A stretch of 63,607 bases of DNA, filler included, from Stramenopiles sp. TOSAG23-3 (Eukaryota), in NCBI GenBank assembly GCA_900128585.1. It is 7 parts of 7 records of this genome, joined end to end, with 100 filler letters (N's around TTAATTAATTAA, not from the genome) between each part and the next. Parts side by side here need not be neighbours in the genome. Positions count along the whole stretch, not along the records: positions 14,522 to 28,904 come from LT642569.1; positions 29,005 to 43,355 come from LT642570.1; 5 more parts are not named here. The stretch is one strand, 5' to 3'. Positions 21,001 to 29,216 of this stretch are shown here, piece after piece. The number at the start of each line of letters is the position of its first letter. The first letter of the stretch is position 1. Below the pieces are notes generated by a model. That model worked only from the letters and a program-made list of their open reading frames with translations, made no database searches and was not told the DNA's origin. Position numbers and translations under genes: made by a program.

Positions 21001-22059
21001 CAGTATGACGCCGGAAACGCCAGTTTCATCGCAAACATGGGGGCGTTGGTAGAACCAATTACAAAAGCAGAGTATAAAGCAAAGTCGAAGCGTGTGCCGC
21101 CGAGCCTGTTCGCTCACAATATTATGCAGCGGGCTATGCACACTGTCCACGCCCAAGTTGCATCGTCCAATGGAGTGTTAGGCCGTATGGTGAAAGTCGT
21201 CTCAAAAGAGCAAAGAGATGATTCAAACAACGTTGTTCCTGCGTACAGTAGTAACATGTATAGTCTGAATGGCAACCAGCGCATGCTGGAAGGAGCCGCG
21301 CCGGAGCATATTCCTTTTATAATTGACAAGAGGAACGGGATAATAAAGTTTAGAAAGTACAATGTCATGAGCTCAGATATTGAGAATGTGACAAAACTTG
21401 AGTCGGAAAATGTGTTTACAGAAACATATAGTTCAGGTCTGGAAAATTCGCTTCGACAAACTGAACATTTGGGCGAGTTGCTGGGCGGTGTTACGCTTGA
21501 TACAACGTTCGGTGATACTGATGATGTGAGCAGGCAGTTGAACCAGGTGTCAAGACTAATAAAACTTCGGAAATCGCTCAATTCGGAGCGCGATGTGTTC
21601 ATCATTACTCACGGGGGATACGACACACATAATGATGATGGCGACATTTTCCAAGGAAAGTTGGATCAGATCAATGCGGGCCTCACTTCGTTCGTGGCTG
21701 AGATGAAAGCTCAGAATATTTTCGAAAATACTGTTTTAGTTTCCACCAGCGATTTTGGCCGAACACTCACGTCCAATGGCCAGGGAACGGATCATGCGTG
21801 GGGTGGCAACTATTTTGTGTTGGGCGGCGGTGTAAAGGGGTCAAAATTTTTGGGCCAGTACCCGGAGAAACTAGGGAGTGACAGCTCGCTGAATATCGGA
21901 AGAGGCCGCATTTTGCCCACTACTAGCTGGGAAGCAATGTGGAATGGGCTTGCTGAATGGTTTGGAGTGGTCCCCAGCAAAATAGATGAAGTGCTGCCAA
22001 ACAAACAGAATTTTCCCAACAATCACATGTTCACAAGAGAGCAAATGTTTTCCAATTGA
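15052..22059 (+). CDS. Giant type II membrane protein: WW + TM + SEA-like region + split DUF1800 with Cys-rich inserts + DUF1501
   Basis: Likely ATG at 15052 or 15097. WW: [50 protein letters not shown]. DUF1800 motifs: [82 protein letters not shown]. DUF1501 motifs: [61 protein letters not shown]. Confidence 0.9.
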   Translation: [2335 protein letters not shown]

Positions 22060-22242
22060 GTGAAGACTACTTAGGCATACTTAGTCATACTTAGTCATAG
22101 TCAAAAACAAATTATACTTAGTCCTAGTCATAAAAAAATGATAATATTTTCGTATTTTTTTAACCCATTTTCTTAAATGCTTTAATCATTAATTAATGAA
22201 TAAAAAATAAAAGGCAGTATTTACCAAAGAGTCTTTTTCTTT

Positions 22243-22701
22243 TCAGACAGTTTCAATCCTGCAGTTGGGGCACTTGGACGACACTTTAAGCCACTTGTCG
22301 ATACAGTCGGCGTGGAAATCATGTTTGCAGGTAGGCATTTGCTTGCACGTCGAGTTCAGTTCGATTTCCACTTGGCAAATTGTGCAGGTTTTTCCTTTCT
22401 CTCTCATTTCGTGTTTTGGTATTACCATTTTCTTGGACTTTTTGCTGCTCTTGCGCTTTTGGCGTGTTCTTCTTGGACGCCTCCTCCGAGCCCCGCTCCC
22501 CCCCCTCCCACGATAACGAAAACGACACGGGCGCGGGCAGATCGTTGAACAATAGTTTTCTCGTAGGTATTCTAAGTTCCATAGCAAAGAAATATAACAA
22601 GAGACAAAAAGAAGATAAATAACCACTTTCACTAAATTAGTAAACTCTTGTTGTCCTTCTCGTTGTTTCGGCGCATACGTTGATGGTGCCGAATAATTCA
22701 T
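22243..22701 (-). CDS. Membrane-anchored RING-H2 E3 ubiquitin ligase (ATL-like layout)
   Basis: TM VVIYLLFVSCYISLLW, basic linker, CTIC...CKHDFHADCIDKWL...CPNCR. Confidence 0.88.
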   Translation of the reverse strand: MNYSAPSTYAPKQREGQQEFTNLVKVVIYLLFVSCYISLLWNLEYLRENYCSTICPRPCRFRYRGRGGSGARRRRPRRTRQKRKSSKKSKKMVIPKHEMREKGKTCTICQVEIELNSTCKQMPTCKHDFHADCIDKWLKVSSKCPNCRIETV

Positions 22702-23291
22702 AGTGCGTTATATTTCTCCCCCCACCTATAGTGTATTGCTCGTATATCAAATGAGCACTGCGAGTCTTCGGCCTGTGAACAGTCGATGGTATGGCATGTG
22801 GTTGAAAATGTTGTAAGTATAACCCTATAAAGCAAATCTGTGCGTGCGTTTGAATTACTAAAAGCCGATGTTTGTTTTGAAATCAGAGGTATGTTCTACC
22901 TTTAGGCATTAAAGTATTTTTTCTTTAGACAACTTTTCATATTTTCCCACGCGACGGGGTGGGGATCGTCATGGTCTGCCGCAAGCAACAACGAAACAAC
23001 TCTTCTTCAATCAGAAGAAAACAAATGGAATATAATAATAGTCTACAAGAACAACACACACACAGCAGGAGAAGGAGAGAAAAAATTAGAAGAAGATTGT
23101 TGTCGTCTTCTATCTATTAATTAATAATAAATAATATAGACACAGCATAAGATGAAAAGATAGAAGAAGAAGAATGCTTTTTTTTCAGGTACAGGTCTAT
23201 CTCATCCTCCTCCTCGAGGTTACTACCGTACCGTACTTAATATTTAATTATAATGATGCCTCCTTTCTTCCATATATAGTCCTGAACGGTA

Positions 23292-24680
23292 TTATTGCGT
23301 TTCCACCATGTTACCAACGATCGCAAATGGCTGTCGATCCCTGTCCAGCAACTTTTCCAACAAACTTTCTTTGTGAAGGGACAATTCTTTCTCAAACAAT
23401 GACGACGTGGGTGCAAGGACGTCCCCTGCATCCACTGCGTTGTCCAAAGCTTGGCTCTTGCCGCTTCGTCGAGACGACTGCAAGCGCCGGGAAACGTACT
23501 TTTCGTACCATCCAGGTTTGGGAACAGAGATTTTTCGAACTTTTCGTGCGGGTACTATCACCGTCAAAGGGACGGCGGTGGGCTCTTCAAGGCGGCGCTT
23601 GTGCCCGTTCGTTGCCTGGAGGGCCGTGGGGGGGCGAAATGCCGGGGCCTCGCGAAAATTTGACTCAACGACCGCCCTTCTCTCTGCACGGTCGGTCCTT
23701 CCGCCATCGCCATCGCCGCCTCCGTCCTCACCATCGACCACGACGACGACAGGAACGCGGCGCGGCATGCCCCGTCGTGCTTTCGCCTTCAACTCCTTTG
23801 CCTCCCGCTCTTCCACTTCTTCCTCCGTGCTCTTCGCCCCAAACAGGGCGGCGCCTTCGCCGTCGCTGTCGTCGTCACTGTCGGACAGGATCCGCTTGGT
23901 CTTCTTGGTTGGGCGGAACTCGATGGGCTTGTTGAACGATCTCACTTTCCTCAGCCCCCTCGCTTCGTCCCCTTCGATCAGCTTCATGGCGGCTTCCAAT
24001 CTCTCCGCGGCAACGTGATCCACACTCTGCAAGCTTGCGGTCATTGCGTCTAACGTCATCGTGATCATGTCTAATTTTTCCTCGTTGGCCCGCCCACCCT
24101 CTTGAACTTCCCGGAGGTACATGTCCCCCACGTCAATCCCTTTCTTCGTCCCCACAAAGTGCCCGACCTTGCAACACCGTCGACCGTGCCGGCACGTCCC
24201 GCCCTTTCGCAGCAGCAACGATTCGTCCAGGAGGGCCAGCGCTCTCAGGATTACCTCCATCCTTGCAACGGACAGCCCGTCCAACAGCCATTGTCCGCAG
24301 GGTTTTCTCTCGTCATACTTTGGGACAATCTCTCGCATGGACTTCCACAGGCGCAAATACCGGTCGTTCATGAACCTTTCCCGCTCCTTCTGCGCCGCTA
24401 TTTTTCGTGCCCTTTCCAGCACTTTCTCCCGCTCCCCATCGTCGGCCGGGACCAGCTCTTTGTACGTCAAGCCCTCGAAGATCTCCTGCCGGGCTTTCAA
24501 TGCTTCCATGCGCATTCTCAACCCTGGGATTAACTTCTTTCTAAGCGAATCGTACCTACTTTTGTACACCATGGGATGCGTTGTCCCAAACAGACCATCG
24601 TCGTACCGATCCTCTGCCGAATGCCTTCCCCCCGTTTTCAGCGCGTTCAAAAGGCTATTTCGTGAACGGTCGGACGCCAT
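23292..24680 (-). CDS. Hypothetical protein (~460 aa) with a charged, low-complexity C-terminal half
   Basis: Long GC-rich ORF between AT-rich spacers, ATG at 24680; no recognised family. Confidence 0.65.
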   Translation of the reverse strand: MASDRSRNSLLNALKTGGRHSAEDRYDDGLFGTTHPMVYKSRYDSLRKKLIPGLRMRMEALKARQEIFEGLTYKELVPADDGEREKVLERARKIAAQKERERFMNDRYLRLWKSMREIVPKYDERKPCGQWLLDGLSVARMEVILRALALLDESLLLRKGGTCRHGRRCCKVGHFVGTKKGIDVGDMYLREVQEGGRANEEKLDMITMTLDAMTASLQSVDHVAAERLEAAMKLIEGDEARGLRKVRSFNKPIEFRPTKKTKRILSDSDDDSDGEGAALFGAKSTEEEVEEREAKELKAKARRGMPRRVPVVVVVDGEDGGGDGDGGRTDRAERRAVVESNFREAPAFRPPTALQATNGHKRRLEEPTAVPLTVIVPARKVRKISVPKPGWYEKYVSRRLQSSRRSGKSQALDNAVDAGDVLAPTSSLFEKELSLHKESLLEKLLDRDRQPFAIVGNMVETQ

Positions 24681-25375
24681 GATACGAAACACAAAACAAT
24701 AAAAACAAAAACAAATGTCTACGAATGAAATTTAATTATACATGGACTAAAACTTCCCTTCCGTATCCTTTCAACAATTTATAAAAGACGCAGGAACAAT
24801 GAAACAGTTCTTTCTTTCTTTAATGAGTTCAATTCAATGAGTTACCGTTAGTCGTCTATCCATTTCAACTAAAAAAAACAACAAATTCAAATTTCAAAAA
24901 AAACAAATTATTATTAAATATTATTTTTAAGTATAATAATTTGTATTCTATTATTAAATATAAGAAATTATTAAGAAAGGACGCAGAATAGAAGAAGAAG
25001 AAAAAAGTCCGTTCGGGTTTTTTAATAATGACTTCAGTGACTAAACCATTTAAAAGAAAAGGAATGAGATGGATTAGGAGTTGCTTGGATTGTTGAGAAA
25101 GCTAACGATTGCGTTAGTGAAATAGATTTGTTTAGGTTCATTTGATCATTGTTTTTGGTGCTTGCTTTGCTTTTTTTTTTTTAATTTTGGTTTACTTTCC
25201 TAACCCATTCCTTTTGAGAGCGACGCATATATCTTCGGACAGAGAAGTAGAAAAAAGAAAGTGCGTTAAGGCGTTTTGTTTTGTTCAAGTGTTTGTTGCG
25301 TGGGAGACTACTGGTCGGGCTAACATTCGCACAATTTTTTCCTTCGCTCGTTTGTAAACTGGTAGCAGTGGCAGG

Positions 25376-27208
25376 ATGCTATCCCAAAAGGCTATTGCTG
25401 CAAAGCAAAAGAAGGTACTGCTGAAGAAGAAGGCGAAGATGATGGAAAAGATGAAGCGGGCGCACGAGAAACAAATGAAAATACTTATGCAGAAAGAAAA
25501 GCGGGAAATAGAGAGAGCGAGCAAGTCTGTTGGAAAGCAGAGGGAAATAGAAACGTTTCTGAAAAAAAGACGGGAGGACGAGAAAAAGTTCCGGGCGTCG
25601 CTAGGGCCGGAACAGTTCAAGTCTTTAGAGAAAGCGTCCATGGAGCTTTCCCAAAAGAACCGGCTGTCCCCGTCGTCGTCGAGCCTTTCGGCCGTGGAGT
25701 CGCCAGAGAAAATTGCCGCAAAGGCCCGGCGGGAGGAGTTGAAGCAGAAACAGCGGCGGAGGGAGCGGGAGGAAGAGCTTAAACGGAACCGAGAAGAGCT
25801 GCGGCGACAGACGGAGAATTTATTCAGGATGCACTCGGAGAAAATAAAAGAGAAAGAGATGCATATGAAAGCCCGGGACGATGCAAAGCAACAGATGCGG
25901 ATGGTGCAGCAACGAAAGAGAGAGATCGCGACTGCGGAAAAGACCAAGGCAATGGCCGAACGGCTGAACAAGGCGATGAAATCGCAGGAGGATCTGCTGA
26001 AGGCAAAGTACCAAAAATTTAAGCAGCGGGAGGAGGATCGCTACTTTCGGCAGGTAGAGCTTGACTTTTTGGAAGAGCTGAAGCGCGAGGAGACGAAGAA
26101 ACGGCAAGCGCTGCTGATGGAGAAGCGACAGCTGATCCAGGCGCGAAAGGTCGAGACGGAGAAGGCCCGGGTCGACGATCTCCTTCGGCGCGAGATGCTG
26201 ATGGAAGAAAGGATTGCGGCGCACAGTGATGAAATGCAGCGACAGTGGCAAGCGATGAGGTACGAGCGCGAAATACAGCACCAACACAGCGTCGAAGTGT
26301 ACAATAGAATGAAGCGCAAAGTGACAGAGAAGAGCGACGGCCTCCTGAAGCAGAGGCAGGCGACGGAGGAGCGGATGAAACAGTTCCACCAAGACATGGA
26401 ACGGAGCTTGTACGCGCTCAAGGAGGAGGCGCACTGCCGGGATCGAGACCGCCTCGAGGTGAGGAACAGGGTGTACGATGCCCAGAAGGAGAGGGCAGAA
26501 ATGATAGAAACGATACAGCACTCGAGGTCCCAAAGGCATGAGTTTATGCTGGAAGTTATCAAGGCCGAACGGGCCGCACGCGTGCAAGCGACAGCAAGGG
26601 TGCGGGAGGAGAAGATCGCAAAGCAGCGCGATCGGGCTGCCAAGTACGCCGTTGAACGCGAAACGATTTTGAAGGAGAGAGCCTTTGAGCGGGAGCAACG
26701 GTCGAAAAACATTTCGGCGAGGGCATCCATGGACGGCCTTGGGGGCCTCGACGGGGGGGCTGCGATGGTGCTTGGCAGTACAAGCATCGGGGGGGGGCAT
26801 GGTTCGCACACAAGAAGGGGGGGAGGCAGCAAGTACACGGTCCGGCTGGGCAGCGAAAAGAGCCCGCCGAAGCGGAAGGCGAAAACCTCGGAGGGGCTGC
26901 TGCGCGGTCTGGAAGGTTTGCGGGACAGGCAGGCCTGGCAGATGGACCAAATCCTTCAGGAAGAGGAAGAAAAGGAAACGGGACGGGTCAATTTTGAAAT
27001 GAGCATTGACAACTTAAAAGATCGAAGGCAGGCAACCAAGGATTATGGGAGGCAACGGATACTGGCCGTGCAGCGGATTCAACGCATTCGGGAAGAAAAT
27101 GAAATCGTGCTCTTCCAAAAGTTGAACGAATACCACAAACTGAAGTTCAAAGAGGACCAGGCAATGGAAGAGTTACAGGCTACGATTGACTCGTTCCACG
27201 ACGATTGA
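25376..27208 (+). CDS. K/E/R-rich coiled-coil protein (trichohyalin-like composition), possibly cytoskeletal or flagellar
   Basis: 610-aa ORF with strong purine bias on the + strand and continuous charged helical heptads. Confidence 0.75.
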   Translation: MLSQKAIAAKQKKVLLKKKAKMMEKMKRAHEKQMKILMQKEKREIERASKSVGKQREIETFLKKRREDEKKFRASLGPEQFKSLEKASMELSQKNRLSPSSSSLSAVESPEKIAAKARREELKQKQRRREREEELKRNREELRRQTENLFRMHSEKIKEKEMHMKARDDAKQQMRMVQQRKREIATAEKTKAMAERLNKAMKSQEDLLKAKYQKFKQREEDRYFRQVELDFLEELKREETKKRQALLMEKRQLIQARKVETEKARVDDLLRREMLMEERIAAHSDEMQRQWQAMRYEREIQHQHSVEVYNRMKRKVTEKSDGLLKQRQATEERMKQFHQDMERSLYALKEEAHCRDRDRLEVRNRVYDAQKERAEMIETIQHSRSQRHEFMLEVIKAERAARVQATARVREEKIAKQRDRAAKYAVERETILKERAFEREQRSKNISARASMDGLGGLDGGAAMVLGSTSIGGGHGSHTRRGGGSKYTVRLGSEKSPPKRKAKTSEGLLRGLEGLRDRQAWQMDQILQEEEEKETGRVNFEMSIDNLKDRRQATKDYGRQRILAVQRIQRIREENEIVLFQKLNEYHKLKFKEDQAMEELQATIDSFHDD

Positions 27209-27460
27209 ATGGGTGGAGTTTGCATTATCGCTACATATCATATGATAGTATGTTCGGACCATGCATGGAGTACATCAGAGATTGAAAAACAAATTATATA
27301 TGATATGATATATGATAGTATGTTTTAAAAAAAAAAAATTATATAGTATGTTTTAATAAGTCAAAAAAGAAAAGAAAAAAGAAGGTAAAACCGTTCAAAT
27401 AGTCAACACTAAGTGAAAAGGGTATATTGATCAACATGTTAAACCGCAAGAGCCGAGATA

Positions 27461-27580
27461 AGTTCGCAGTACATGAAGGAATGTAAACCTTTAATGGATA
27501 AAAGGAGCAGATTCATGTTCGTGGTACATGAGAAAGCTAAACTTTAATTACTTAAATAGCAGCCCATTTTTTGTTTTAAG
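27461..27580 (+). repeat. Dispersed palindromic repeat family, copy 2 (most complete ~120-bp unit)
   Basis: AGTTCGCAGTACATGAAGGAATGTAAACCTTTAATGG...GGAGCAGATTC...AAGCTAAACTTTAATTACTTAAATAGCAGCC; colinear with 38785-38875. Confidence 0.85.
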
Positions 27581-27612
27581 TATCATAACTTAATGATGTT
27601 TTAAGTAACTTA

Positions 27613-28467
27613 TTAATCGTAATATGGTGCGGCGTTTAAAATAAATCTTGTACGACTTCCTACGTCCTTTACTGGGGGGTGCCAGTTCGGAGCGGATGCC
27701 CCTTTTGCCGTTCCTGACGGCTCCTTTGGTGCGTTTTTTGTGTTCATGTGGGCGTCGTGACTATCGACCAACGAATCAATGTCCACAATATGATCGATCT
27801 CCGCATCCGGCAGCCGCCCGATGTGAACGTACCGGTCATGGGTTGCAAAATATTCTAACCACCGCTTAGCCTCGTTGTCTTCTTCTGCCGTTAGCTTTCT
27901 TTGAATGCTCGAAATGCCATCCGCCGACAAGTCCCCAGTCGCCAAAATGCCAGTAATGTCCTTCCCAGCCAACACGTTGTAGTCTTTCCCACGCGCATAA
28001 AACCGCTTTCCAGCGGATACGTCAAAAACGTGGCCCTTCACCGCCAACCACAACACGGGCTCGTCCTCCCCCTCTTCGTCGTCCACAGACGGTCGGGTCA
28101 TCCGTCCATCTGCTGCGGCCAACTCTTCCTTCGTTATGACCTGAAAGTCTTCGTAGTTCTCTTCAAGATCCTTCACCGCCTTGTCGATGCTGCTTCCATC
28201 CGCACCGAAGAAGACGGGGACGACTTCCATCCCGTGACGGTAACGCTGCTTGGCACGCCCAAAGTCTCGGACCAACTTCATGACTCGAAAATTAAACTGT
28301 TTCGCAAAGTACGGGCTGGAGTGCATTGCATAACCAGAAAATAACACGACCAGCGTAAAAACAATTGTAATCGCTTTAAAACTCACCATCGTCATACCCC
28401 CGCTCGCACAGCACGAGGAGCCGGTGTTTCCCTTCACCCCGTCGCCCTTCAAGGCTGGTGAACTCAT
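27613..28467 (-). CDS. Cytochrome b5-like heme/steroid-binding protein (MAPR; neudesin/CYB5D2-like)
   Basis: N-terminal TM; ITKEELAAADG, LWLAVKGHVFDVSAGKRFY...YNVLAGKD, W..YF...Y..IGRL; ATG at 28467. Confidence 0.88.
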   Translation of the reverse strand: MSSPALKGDGVKGNTGSSCCASGGMTMVSFKAITIVFTLVVLFSGYAMHSSPYFAKQFNFRVMKLVRDFGRAKQRYRHGMEVVPVFFGADGSSIDKAVKDLEENYEDFQVITKEELAAADGRMTRPSVDDEEGEDEPVLWLAVKGHVFDVSAGKRFYARGKDYNVLAGKDITGILATGDLSADGISSIQRKLTAEEDNEAKRWLEYFATHDRYVHIGRLPDAEIDHIVDIDSLVDSHDAHMNTKNAPKEPSGTAKGASAPNWHPPVKDVGSRTRFILNAAPYYD

Positions 28468-28824
28468 CCTCTTCCAATAACCAATACAGTAAGTACAGAT
28501 AGAACACCCAACGTCTATTATTGGACAACACGAGCAACCAACAAAATGTCGTCGAAACAAACCAATAGAAAATTGTTCATTTCTTTACCCATGACGAACA
28601 GAAAAAGGAGACATTTCTGATTTACTTAATAGATCACGAACACAACAAACAAAAGACTAATTACAAAAATGACAAAAATGAAAATTCGCTAATAATATAT
28701 AGTAGAAGAAATTATTAATAATTAAAAAACTAAAACCCTAACAACTAACTCAACAATCTAATGGCCTTGGTAGACTATACGCATCCTCGTACTATCATAG
28801 TCCTATTAAAATGAAAGAAAGTGT

Positions 28825-28865
28825 CGAAAGAAAGAAAGAAAGAAAGAGTCGAAAGAAAGAGTCGA

Positions 28866-28904
<39 letters not shown>
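28825..28904 (+). repeat. (GAAA)n microsatellite
   Basis: Tandem GAAA units with interspersed GAGTC, running into the gap. Confidence 0.95.
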
Positions 28905-29004
28905 NNNNNNNNNNNNNNNNNNNNNNNNNNNNNNNNNNNNNNNNNNNNTTAATTAATTAANNNNNNNNNNNNNNNNNNNNNNNNNNNNNNNNNNNNNNNN
29001 NNNN
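28905..29004. other. Artificial scaffold spacer
   Basis: 44 N + TTAATTAATTAA + 44 N. Confidence 0.97.
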
Positions 29005-29216
29005 AAATAAATAACAAAGAAAGAAGAGATTCTCACAAAAAAATCCAAGTTGTCCATCATTCACCGCTGGCATTGTCAAAGATAACAAAATACATAGCCA
29101 CAGCAACAGAACATTTCTCAAAACTTTTACAGCACAGCAGCCAAAGGAACGCATTTTTTAAGTTCGGTAGGAAAACGTCGCCTTGCTTTGTTTGTTGCGT
29201 TTAACACAGAAAAAAC

